Of a stretch of DNA of 64,000 nucleotides, positions 47,844-60,400 are shown piece by piece. How positions within the stretch are numbered: position 1 is the stretch's first letter; the number at the start of each line of letters is the position of its first letter. The notes beneath the pieces are model-generated. The model saw only the letters and a program-made list of their open reading frames with translations. It had not been told where the DNA came from and did not search any database. This stretch comes from the human T2T-CHM13v2.0 reference genome, Homo sapiens. The position numbers were made by a program, and so were the translations under genes. The stretch lies in the NCBI RefSeq assembly GCF_009914755.1, contig NC_060926.1. One strand, written 5' to 3'.

Positions 47844-48045
47844 CTTGAGCAACCGCAGCAAGTTTTCCCTTTTCTTCAAGGCTGAGCTGCAACATCGTAT
47901 TTATAACAGGAAGAAGTCTCTCTCTTTCACTACCTGGCTTCAAGAAAATGAACTGCAGCAAGACGTTCTTCAAGTGTTCCACGTTAGCTGCAGACACCTC
48001 TTGCTCTTGATTCCTTTCCAATCTTCTTATTTCACTTTTGAGAAG
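47844..48045 (-). CDS. RGPD3: RGPD3 exon, GRIP domain (GCC2-derived)
   Basis: acaccag|CTT CTC AAA...GCT CAA G|gtggg; LLKSEIRRLERNQEQEVSAANVEHLKNVLLQFIFLKPGSERERLLPVINTMLQLSLEEKGKLAAVAQ. Confidence 0.92.
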
Positions 48046-48174
48046 CTGGTGTTAGAGAAATGAGTTAAAAATGGGCTTTAGGAGCTTCTGATTAAATATG
48101 GCAGACTGAACTCATGTATTTTTCTTCTCTTCCCCCCAAATTTCCCCCTTCCCTCCATATGGCAATAAAGGAAG

Positions 48175-48413
48175 GAATTCAGTTAACTACAGCAGCTGCA
48201 TGTGAAGCATTTCAAAGGAGTTTATGACATCATCGTATAAAATCCATTTGACATGAAAACCGGAACTCCAACTATGAGATAGTTTCAAAGCTGCATTTGC
48301 CTAGAAAGTGGATTGCTGCATATGAACCAAGTGTTGGGCTATATGACTCCACTGTCCTAAGCTATTTGGGGTTGGAAGGAAGAGGGGTGAAGTAGAAAGG
48401 CAACAAGCTAATA
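48175..48413 (+). repeat. Direct repeat copy 2 (uninterrupted)
   Basis: gaattcagttaactacagcagctgcatgtgaagcatttcaaagg...gaagtagaaaggcaacaagctaata. Confidence 0.88.
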
Positions 48414-49002
48414 CAAGAGGAGAAAAAGTAGATGAGACACATCAAGAAATTCTCACGAGAAACAGATGAAGAGGTGGAAATGAGTCAGTCCAGCAGCTTA
48501 CCAAGTATCACTGACAAGAGGAGAGGATGCATCCTGTGTAAATACTGGGGTTCTTGTCTCAGAAGCACAGGGTATCATGGAAATGGAGTTGAAAGCTGGG
48601 GAACTGATGGAACGTCTCCATGAGGAGCAACTAACTGGAGCCATGGGTTGGTACCAAGATGTTCCCTCTGCCTTCTACTTTTGATAGAAACTAAGCCAGT
48701 ATGGCATGGGGCTCTGAAAATGGGCTGAGGGGAACATCGGCAGCCTCCACTAACCCCCTGCCCCTACGCTGTTCCTGAAGTCCCAGGCAGTTAAGACGTC
48801 CACAGTGAACGGCACTTAATCAAAAGTTCAGACACAGTGAAAATTCAGGAATATAAGACAATGTAAAACACTATCAGAGAAATGAGGCAAAGAATGATAT
48901 AAAAAAGGTAATATCATGTTCAAGTCTTTGAGGAAGATTTCCAGGTTGAAACCAAGCCATAGCTTTTAGTATATTTTCATTTTAGGTTAGGCAAGAAAGT
49001 TA

Positions 49003-49391
<389 letters not shown>

Positions 49392-50155
49392 GAAAATATA
49401 ACATTTAAATAAGTCATTTAGGTTTACTGGGCTAGTTAGTGATTTGTTAGCTATGATAATGTTTTTATTAGTGGGAAAATGTTATTTTATAGAGATGCAT
49501 ACTGAAGTATTTAATGGTGGAATGTCATGATATATACAATTTACTGAAAATAACTGAATTCGGCTTTAAAATAATCTGACAAGGATAGCTAGTGGCCTTG
49601 CACAGTGGCAGGACAGATCTATTAGGAGCAGCAAAGTACAGGGGAAAAGCATGTACTTTTCAGACAGCTATGAGTCTGAATTTTGTTCCACCATTTACCA
49701 GCTTCAATTTTTCTCTTAACCAGTGATGAGATTAAATAATATACGTAGAGCCCAGGGCCTGGGTCATAAGAACTCGTCAACAAGCAGTATGACTATATTC
49801 TGAGGGGTGATTTATCAGTGAGCCAGGGTGGAAATACCTCATTTGAGTAATCCTCAACTGTTCTGCAACATTCCTAGATGTTTCTGGTGTCTACTTTAAA
49901 CAGGAAAAACTTCCCATGCCACTTTGCCATCTCCACCTGAAAACTGTTTAGTAGTTCAGTACTATAAATATCAGTTGAATAATTTAAATTCACTGGTTAT
50001 CTTTAGAATTCAAAGACTCACACCCATTTTTTATTTAAGCATATGTGAACAATGATTTGTGAACATCTCTCTAGTTTCTAAATCTATTACGGTTTCTTAG
50101 GAAAAGTAGGAATTAAGAAATAATCTTTATGTAATAGGTATAAAAGAAGTATTTT

Positions 50156-50502
<347 letters not shown>

Positions 50503-50609
50503 TTATAGATGCATCTGCAATGTGAATTTTTAAACTTGGGTACATGTGTATGGAGGGTCCAGAAAACCAAACTGGCAGTTTTTATGGTGGCCAGGTTTTC
50601 TGATCTCAC

Positions 50610-50749
50610 CTTAATTTGCTCCATAAGGACTGCATTGGTTGCCTCTATTTCCCGAAGCAGGCCGTTTAAGTGATCTGCACTTTTTGTGGTGGAACTGAGC
50701 TTCTGAACCAATTCTTCTTTAGTAAATTCAGCATACCATAATGGAGGCT
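50610..50749 (-). CDS. RGPD3: RGPD3 exon, first GCC2-derived coiled-coil exon
   Basis: gttgcag|AG CCT CCA TTA TGG...ATT AAG|gtgag; EPPLWYAEFTKEELVQKLSSTTKSADHLNGLLREIEATNAVLMEQIK; phase 1 matches the RANBP2 big-exon donor. Confidence 0.9.
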
Positions 50750-51669
50750 CTGCAACATGTTGTTCCAAGAATTAATTTTCAAAATCATACATTACAGATG
50801 AAGATTCTAAATAAGAAAAATCTAAATATAAATATCTTACTATGTGATATTTTATAGCTCTGCTTTCTTTGCCATTCATCTATTCGGCATACCTCAATCA
50901 ACAGATTATATGTTGTAGGTGACACAAATAAAACAGTATCTCTGTTGTAAAGCATGTCATCTAACTGAATACAAGCCCTATGAGTCCCAGTTCTGAAATT
51001 TGTCAGAATTGTGTTTATAGACAGTTTTATTACACATCTTCTTCCCATCTATTAATATTCCAAGATTTTATGTCATTTCACGTATAAGGAAAGCATTAAC
51101 ATTTACTGGTCACGTATCATGTTCCCTCATAAGAATCTTCTATCAGGCGGGGTAGGTATCATTATTCAAACTTTACAGACGATGAAACAGGCTCACAGTT
51201 GACAGGTAATTTTTGCAGAAATCACAAAGTCAAATTGGCTTCTGGAGTCTGCTGCTCTATCATGATGCCTCCATGTCACCACTATTAACTTTGCCTGAAG
51301 GAACCATGACTTGCAGTTTCTACCCCACGTGGTCAGTGACCATGAATACAAATGACCCTTACTCCAGGTGATTCTGAAGTTTCAGGAAGATGACAGATTT
51401 CCCCCTAAATTTTGAACAGTAATATTAATTACAGGTAATAAAATATACCAAAACATCACTACAAAAATTTAGCATTACTTCATCAAGAGGAATAAACTGA
51501 AACTGTCAGTTTCTTGGAAGGGTGAGAGGATAGTTTATCCTGCTTTCTAATACCCACCACCTATTTGTGACTATAAACTTCCCACCACTTATTTATGGTT
51601 CAAGCCTAGGGCAAGAGCTAGCATTTTATTTTAAAAAAGATTTGTTTAATAATTTTTCCATTTGGACAG

Positions 51670-52106
51670 TGTGATGGTTAATACTGGGTGTCAACTTGAT
51701 TGGATTAAAGGATGCAAAGTATTAATCCTGAGTGTTGTCTGTGAGGGTGTTGCCAAAGGAGATTAACATTTGAGTCAGTGGGCTGGGGAAGGCAGACCCA
51801 CCCTTAACCTGGTAGGTGCCATCTAATCAGCTGCCAGTGAATATAAAGCAGGCAGAAAAACCTGAAAAGGCGAGACTGGCCTAGCCTCCCAACCTACATC
51901 TTTCTCCTGTGCTGGATGCTTCCTGCCCTTGAACATCAGACTCCTAGTTCTTCAGTTTTGGAACTTGGACTGGCTCTCGTTGCTCCTCAGTCTGCAGATG
52001 GCCTAGTGATCGTGTAAGGTAATACTTAATAAGCATCCATCCATCCATCTCATCCATCCATCCAACCATCCAATTAGCTCTGTCCCTCTAGAGAACCCTA
52101 ATGCAA
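51670..52106 (+). mobile_element. MLT2A (HERV-L) solo LTR, with (CATC)n at 52033-52071
   Basis: tgtgatggttaatactgggtgtcaacttgattggatt...ctctgtccctctagagaacccta. Confidence 0.85.
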
Positions 52107-52235
52107 ACAGGTAGTGGAATATTGAAAGAAATTTTATTGGAGCAGCCCAAAAAAGCATATGTACCTTAGAGTAATAGTAATTAAATAAGACAGTGAAATT
52201 AAAGAAGAAGAACATATTTAGACAGAGTAACAGAC

Positions 52236-52430
52236 CAAGTTTAGTTTCGGGAGAATTAAGCAGCTGCTCTAAAGACTGTGTGTATGTGCTGGCGGAAGAC
52301 ACAGACTCCGTATCAGTTGTCTCCATGCCTTCTCCCTCTTCCCGGGTTACAGTGTGCATGTCTAGAAGCGGGAGGTCTGTGTTTCTCCTTTCTCGAAGGT
52401 TCTTCAAAGATTGTTGAGAGGAAACTGGGC
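52236..52430 (-). other. Intact GCC2-derived 195-nt exon (candidate cassette exon of RGPD3)
   Basis: ctaatag|GC CCA GTT TCC TCT CAA CAA TCT TTG AAG AAC...AAA CTT G|gtctgt; phase 1-1, no stop. Confidence 0.8.
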
Positions 52431-52607
52431 CTATTAGATTTTTTTTAAAGGTTAAGTATGAGATTGTTCAAAATCTATTGATTCGGCCTTACAGAGGTAC
52501 ACAAAATGAAAATATCAAATGATAAGAGTAGAGGAATTAAGTAACTATAAGATAAGTGAAAGGTGTATGAAGAATTGCTAAAACATTTCTTAAAATTTAG
52601 TCATCAA

Positions 52608-52912
52608 GGCCGGGCGTGGTGGCTCAAATCTGTAATCCTAGCAGTTTGGGAGGCTAAGGTGGGTGGATCACGAGGTCAGCAAGTTCAAGACCAGCCTGGC
52701 CAAGATGGTGAAACCCTATCTCTACTAAAAATGCAAAAATTAGCCAGGCACAGTGGCAGGTGCCTGTAATCCCAGCTGCTGGGGAGGCTGAGGCAGAGAA
52801 TTGCTGGAAGCCAGGAGGCGGAGGTTGTAGTGAGCCAAGATCACGCCACTGCACTTCAGCCTGGTGACAGAGCAAGACTCCAGCTCAAAACAAAAAAACA
52901 AACAAAAAAAAA
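52608..52912 (+). mobile_element. AluSg-like
   Basis: TSD ttagtcatcaa. Confidence 0.88.
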
Positions 52913-53329
52913 CTTAGTCATCAAACTTTTAACTACGTTAGTCATTTTAATAGCAGCTATAAATTAATTGCTACTAGCTAAGACAAACTGTTAGATAACA
53001 CAGCTCATAATATAGTACTACTTATTTTTTATTAATTTAGAGTAGAGGGCCAAACTACTGCTAAATACTGGCCAAAATTAAAAGACTAGATTCTAGCAAT
53101 TTTTCAGGATTAGGTATTTCAGATTGCTGCATACTTCTTGAAACACACTTGCTGAAATCTGCTTGGTAGACATCCTCAATCACTGCCCTTATACCTTTAC
53201 CTCTGCAGCTTCGTAATTGTTGCTGCTCACACCTACAGTGCTCATACAGTTAAGAGCCCAGAATCCAGGGCACGGAACTAATCAATTACATTGCCTAGCA
53301 AGACTTTGCTGTTTGCTGATAAACTGTAA

Positions 53330-53627
<298 letters not shown>

Positions 53628-54330
53628 TAAACTGTAAAGTTTACCAGGCCCTTTGACATGTATTGGTTTATTGACTCCCAAAAATCTGAAGTTCAGAGAA
53701 ATTTAATGACTTTGCCCAAGGTCTCATAACTGAGTTAGAAACCAGAATTGTAATCTAGATTTTTAAACTTCAGATTTCATTTATTTTGCATTTCATTAAA
53801 TTGCCTTAGTCCTGACTGACCTTTCTGAAGCATTTTCCTGGGTTTCTGGTAAGCTGACTGCTTATTCCACTGCTGATTGCTAGATTACAATCTCTTGTGC
53901 GACCTTTGCCCTGGCTGATTACTTCCTTTGTTGATTCTTTGGCATATATTAAATTCTTCTGAAGTTGCTTTTTTACCCTAATAAGTGACCGATAGCTGCT
54001 AATGCTCCAGTGACAATATTTCCCATGGGAAACCAAAACACCATCAACTTGCTACTAAAATACTGCATCATCATGGCTGACATTTTTCCATTTCTTCCTG
54101 GAAGCAGAATGGAAGATACTGGGTACGGCTGAACTAAAACTCCAACTAATTGTAAATGTGAAAGCAAAGAAGCTATATTGGTTATGCAGTTCTACACATT
54201 CAGTGCCGCTTGAGTGTTTCTAAGTTCCTTGCTCTAGCTAATGTTTCTATTTAAAAAGTAGACAAATTTGATGACTAACAACGGAGAACACGAAACAAAT
54301 CTGGTGAATACCAGAATTAGGACATGTGTC

Positions 54331-54417
54331 AGCCAGGCGCAGTGGCTCATGCCTGTAATCCCAGCACTTTGGGAGGCCGAGGCGGGTGGATCACGAGGTC
54401 AGGAGACCGAGACTATC
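54331..54417 (+). mobile_element. Alu left-arm stub truncated at the fusion breakpoint
   Basis: agccaggcgcagtggctcatgcc...aggagaccgagactatc, then an abrupt switch to RANBP2 sequence. Confidence 0.88.
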
Positions 54418-54452
54418 TGAGGGAGAATCTTCAGGTTTTTTCTTCTCTTTTG
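54415..54452 (-). pseudogene. Truncated RANBP2 exon stub ([13 protein letters not shown])
   Basis: tgttacag|CA AAA GAG AAG AAA AAA CCT GAA GAT TCT CCC TCA GAT, the RANBP2 sequence that follows ...FKTPEK. Confidence 0.85.
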
Positions 54453-55244
54453 CTGTAACACCAGTCAAAAAAATTGACAAAGATAAGGTATTAAGTATTG
54501 ACGTTAATACTCTACCTGAAAATAAAAACCATGGAACCTATCTATAGGTTAAAACAGCATACTGATAAAAAACACATATACTTTGATGCAGAGATGTACG
54601 ATAATCATGAATTAGAATTAGCATCCTGATTTAGTGTTCTACCAAAAACCCTAAGTGAACACAGAATCTATTTAAAACCAAAGAAAACAAAAAAATCTTG
54701 TGTTTACTTAATAGTCATTGAAAAGAATTACTACAAATTTCTAGAATTTAAAAAGGTTAAAAATTTTAAAGTGTTGCCTAACTATACTTAGCATACAATA
54801 GTTTACCAAAATATCCATGCATTTGCAGCAACTGAAAAAAATCTTAAAACATAAGCAAGTATTAGTATACATATGAAACTAATCCAAAGCCAACTGTGAT
54901 TAGTTCCTGTAAGGAAAGTTAACAATTGCCAAGAATGGAAGGTGACTAGAGTTGCATCTAGTTTGCCTGTGTTCAAGAATGATACTAGATAAAATTAAAT
55001 AAAAACTGTTACTCTATGGGTAGCTAACACTATAAAATCTAAGACCATTCATATGGCTGAAAACAACCCATCCCCAGCCACCATTAATGCAAAGGGCAAA
55101 AAATTAGAAACAGAAAAAACTTCTATATGCAACCTGTTCTGATCTACTAATGTAAAGAAGAACTTCTGGCTAAAGGAGTTTAATAAAGTAAGCCAGTCAT
55201 GAAGCATGCCATGTATAGCAACTGGTGACAGGGAAACATTCTGA

Positions 55245-55755
55245 GAGCTATGGTGTCCAATATGGTAGCCTAGCCACATTCTATTAAAACCTCACAAGGT
55301 GGCTAGTCCAAATCAAGACATGCTAACAGTAAGTGTAAACACACACACTGGATTTTGAAGACTTGGTGAAAAACAATAATGTAAAATATCATTAATTTTT
55401 ATATTAATTAGAAGTTAAAATGATATTCTGGACATAATGAGTTAAATCAAATCTATCGATAAAGTTACTTTCATCTGTTTCCCTTTTTAACTGTTTCTTT
55501 TTATTCTTTTTAATATGGCTACTAGAAAATTTATTTATTTATGTATTTATTTGAGATGCGGTCTTCCTTTGTCACCCAGAGCTGGAGTGCAGTGATGTGA
55601 TCATAGTTCACTGAAGCCTGGAACTTGTGGGCTCAAGTGATCCCTCTGCCTCAGCCTCCCAAGTAACTGGGATTATAGGCACAAGCCATTGCACCAAATG
55701 ACAATTTTAAATTACATACACAGGTTATATTTTATTTCTATTGGATGTCACTGCT
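55245..55755 (-). mobile_element. MER33/MER3-like hAT element interrupted by an Alu monomer (~55530-55700)
   Basis: tgtccaatatggtagcc...ttaatatggctactagaaaattt...atttctattgga. Confidence 0.6.
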
Positions 55756-57121
55756 CTGCAGAACCAGTGCCCTTCCTTTTACAATGTTAAATTTGTCCCT
55801 CTCCTTCATTATAAACAAAAACTTAGTATCATTTCCTAGCTAGGAGAAATAACAGTACACCGTAAGATACAGATTCTTGTTCCACTTCTGGTATTACTCA
55901 GTAAAGACACCTTGGGTAAATCAGATAGCCTCTCTTGGCCTCAGTTTACTCATGTCTAAAGTCTTCATTTCTAAGGTCCCTTGGGACAATGACATTATCA
56001 GATTCAAAACAGAATAAGGCTCTATGTTCTACAGTAGTGTATAGGCACATTCGTTCTTAGGTCAGGGATTCCTAACCTAGAGCTCACAGAAACTGTACGC
56101 AAGTATACATCCACTTTTAAGTTAACACTTTTCACATTTCTCAAAGACCGTATCTTTAAAATAAAAGATTAAGAGCTACCTTAGCTGGTAATAAAACTGG
56201 TATAATTAAAAAAAAATCAGAGATTTTTACTTTATCATTGTACTTGTTTGGCATGGCTAAGATGTGTTACTGGTCACTAAGGGTGAGATTTCACTTCCCT
56301 AACCTGTTCTTGAAGGCCTTCAACAGATCCCACTTCTTGTTCCACTCTAGTAGCCACACTTCTAAAAATGATCTGTGCAACATATATAATATGCAAGCTG
56401 TAGAATGCTGGCTGTTAAAAACGGGGGTCCATTTTCAAATACAACATTTTTCTAAACCATGCACAAAAGAACAGCCCTACAGGGACACTCTTCCATACTG
56501 TATACATGCCGTTGCCACTACATGTGAATACTGGCAGACGTTAGTGGCTAAAGATAAACATTAGATAAAACATAGGTCTTCATTGAGCAGACCTGAAATA
56601 GCAGAGCAATGAAGTACATTACAAATCAGCATCCCACTACATTTTAAAAAACAAACCAACAAGGGTGTCATGCCACCAGTCAAAAGGTACTTTGCTTAAA
56701 CTGGCATTCTTTGACATGCATGTTGTAGTGGTAAGTACTTCATTTCATACAGCCACAGTTATTAATACTTTGCTAAGGGCTACCCAGCTGCTAAAAACTG
56801 CTGTTATCTCATACTGAGAATGCTAGTTCTATACCTTTGCTCTCAGGCTGTGAGGAAGGGGTGCTAGTCCAAAAGGCTATGGGATTAGATTTAAAAAGGC
56901 TAAAATTAAATCCTAGAAAATAAAGAATATTTCATTTTTTAACATTTTAGGAAACAAAATGAATATGCTTTTAAAACATAAAAAGCCAGAATCCCTCAAT
57001 TTATACCACCAATCTGACTGTCTTACATATTCATTTATCCCTGTAGTTTCATTCTTTGCTCATTTAATACATGAGCAAGACTGACATACAACACATAAAA
57101 TGAGAACATCTCAATATCATG

Positions 57122-57441
57122 TTTTTTTTTGTTTTTTGTTTTTTGTTTTTTTTGGAGACAAAGTCTCACTCAGTCACTCAGTCAGGCTGGAGTGCAGTGG
57201 CATGATTTCAGCTCACTGCTACCTCCATCTCCTGTGCTCAAGCGATCCTCCTGCCTCAACCTCCTGAGTAGCTGCTAATTATAGGCACGCACCACCACGC
57301 CCGGCTCATTTTTGTATTTTCAGTAGAAACAGGGTTTCACCATGTTGGCCAGGCTGGTCTCGAACTCCTGAGCTCAAGTGATCTGCCCACCTCAACCTCC
57401 CAAAGTGCTGGCATTCTAGGAGTGAGCCACCGTGCCCAGCC
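57122..57441 (-). mobile_element. Alu (J/S)
   Basis: TSD tcaatatcatgttttt. Confidence 0.88.
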
Positions 57442-57802
57442 TCAATATCATGTTTTCTGAGTGACAAAAGAAACAGAACAAATGAAAATGAACACTTTAA
57501 AAAAAGACTCACGTTAATGCGCATGATTCAAGCATGAGTCCGTACACTGTACCAAGTTCTTTTGCTCTGCCCTAGCATGATAGAAGTATCTTCCAGTTAC
57601 TGAAATGTCTTTAACTAAGTTCTCTTGCTCTTTGAAACCTCACCATGAACTTATTAAGGGAGAAAAAAATTGCTCAAATATTTTAGGGGTGTTCACAAAG
57701 CATCGTTCATATCCCAACATTAGTATCCCACAAAGAGTCTGCATCAAGCTAAACATTAAAAGAAAGAAAAATTGTGCTTAACTTTAACAACAAAGTACCT
57801 AC

Positions 57803-60026
57803 CCTTTTCTGGTGTTTTAAATGTGTAGTTGATTGAAGATTCTTCCGTTGGAAAGGAAGCAGAGAGATTTTTGACTTTGCTATCTGAAGACTGTTCGATA
57901 TCAGAGTTCTTTGACAGTTCACATTTTTTAGGTTCCACTTTGCTTTCAGATCCACTCTGGGCTACTGAACTAGTTTCACTATTGTTACTTTTCAAAGGTG
58001 CATTAAAACTAAATCCAAACAAAGACCCAGTGGCAGAACTGTTGCCAAATGCAAATGGTTTTGATTTTTCACTACTAAAAATTCTTTTAACAGACTCTGA
58101 ACCAAATACAAACTTTGGAGGAGAAACCACTGCTTTTGTTGTTGTTTCAGATGTGCTAGACACTTCAACTTCTGAAGCTGCATCTGCTACATCATCACCC
58201 TGAATAACATCTGTCCTCTCTCTTGTGGTTTCTTCTAATACAGCTACAGCAATTTTGCCACATGGTGACTCTCTGGGAGTGCTTGACCGAGAAACATGAG
58301 GTGTTATCAAAGAATCTTTTTCCTGGGCTGTTTTTGCTTCATCAAAAATTTTCTTAAACGAGTCTGCAACATCCTGTAGTTTAAAACGAACAGCTAAATG
58401 CTCTACTTTTCTTTCTCCATCTGCAAAATCACATGCAGTCCACACCCATACTCTTTCTGTCCCTTTCATATTTTGCAAACTCATGTCTGGAGTTATTCTG
58501 TGATTGGCACAAAGTTTTAATACTTGGTCCCTTCTCATCAGTATACGAACGTGCTTATTATCATAATTCTGTAAAATCTTTATATCACCAATGCCCCTTT
58601 CTTTCCATTGACCAACATCTTTATCATATCTGTAGAATTCTGCCCTGTGACTAAAAACAACTTGTTCATTTTCCTCACCACTGGATACTTCAACTAGATC
58701 AGGTAAAGGAACAACAGGTTCAAAGTACTGTCCATCTCTCTCTTCTTCTTGAGTAACATCAGATTCTTCATCAGTGCCAACTGAAGTCCCACTCTGATTC
58801 AACTTGGCAGGAGACTTAGATAGACTCAAAGCAGATTTAAAACTGAAGTTAGATCCTGTTGTTGACTCATCAAAGTGGAAAAGATTTTTTCTCACAGGGC
58901 TACTTGCCAATGGAGAAGCATGTACTGAGCTACTACTGACACTATCATCCAAAGCATCTTCCCTTAAATCATAGTTATCCCATTCTAATGTGGGCCCAGT
59001 GTTTTCAGCATTGGGTTTTATTGTTGTGTCTGAGGCACCGGCCGCACCTGTACCTGAACCCTTATTTTCTTCCTCAGCGACTTTTGTTTGATCATTTGTC
59101 AAAAATGTTTTGAAATCTTTCAGTCCACTCTTCATTTCTTCAGCTCTCTGTATTAACTTGGCAGCTCTGCCAGTATCTACAAGTTTATGGGGAGTTTGAA
59201 GTGGTATGTCTAACAGAAGCCGCTGGCATTCCTCAAATTTCTGCTTGAATTCTTCAGCCAGCTCTGGTGTTTTAAATTTTGCTGCCAATCGCTCTAGTTT
59301 GGCATCACCATCAGAGAAATCACTGGCTGACCACATCCATGCTCTATCTGATCCAGAGAGGGGCTTCAGGTTCATTGTAGTCGTTATCCAATGATTAGCA
59401 CACACTTTTAGTACTTGTTCTCTTTGCATCAGCATTCTTACTTTGCCATTGACCTCGTTTTTGAGAATTTTTAAGTTCCCCAAGCCCCTTTCTTTCCACT
59501 GACTTACCTCAGCATCAAATCTAAATAGTTTTACCCCCTGTGAATACAGAACTTTTTCACCTTCTTCTCCTGTTACAAGTTCTACTTTTTCAGGCATTTG
59601 AACTACTGGTTCAAAATGGATGTCATCGCTGTCCTCAGTCTTATAGGCATCATCATCTTTCTCAAAGTCACCGGAAGTGTTTGCTTTATTGGCCATTTTA
59701 CCGTATTGTGATGAGAATAATTTTTCTCCAGCACCTGAAAATCCCTTGAAATTGAGGTCTTTTTTGCCAAACTGAAATCCTTCTCCTGAAGTTGATTTTG
59801 CAACATCTGCAAATGTAAAAGTGCTACTTGTTTGGCCAAAAATCACACCACGGCCCTTCTTCCGGCCACTAATATCCTGAGCCTGTAAGCCAGTATCATT
59901 TTCAAGAGGCTTTTCACTTTTCTTTTCTTGATTTCCTGGTTCCGAAATGCCAAATTTAAATCCATCAGCAGACACAGGGATGGAAAATCCTTCTTTGGTT
60001 GACTTAAATTCTGTATTAGAAGAACC
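57803..60026 (-). CDS. RGPD3: RGPD3 large exon (RANBP2 giant-exon-derived): FG motifs, two Ran-binding domains, BICD2/kinesin-binding linker
   Basis: Within the 768-aa ORF 57756..60062; acceptor tttcag|GGT TCT, donor GAA AAG G|gtagg; 2224 nt, phase 0 to 1; two RanBD motifs (HFEPVV...WKERGLG and YFEPVV...WKERGIG). Confidence 0.93.
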
Positions 60027-60149
60027 CTGAAACATAAATGAAGGTGAATTTTCTTGATCCACATGCCCAAAATAGTCATGAAATACATACCTTCTTCATT
60101 CCTAAACAATTTATCAAATGATGTTAACAATAATGATGATGATGATGAT

Positions 60150-60400
60150 GATAACATTTATTGAGCATTTATTAATGTGCCAGCTGGGCACTGTTCTAAG
60201 CACTTTACATTATTATCTCATTTTAATATCCTCAAAAACCCTATGAATTAAGGTATTATTATTATCCTCATTTTACATATGAGGCAACTGATGCATTGAG
60301 AGGTTAAGAAACTTGCCTGTGGTCAAAATAAGCAGAAGAGCAAGGGTCTAAATGCACCCCAACACTCTGTCCTCAAAGCTGTCACATTCAACTACCACTG
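60150..60400 (-). mobile_element. MIR, preceded by (ATG)n
   Basis: aacatttattgagcatt...cctcattttacatatgaggcaactga...agaggttaagaaacttgcc. Confidence 0.75.

Noticed and set aside
57756-60062. 768-aa ORF as a stand-alone single-exon gene
   Set aside because: It starts at GTG within a former-exon remnant and runs past a canonical donor at 57803; it is an internal exon of RGPD.
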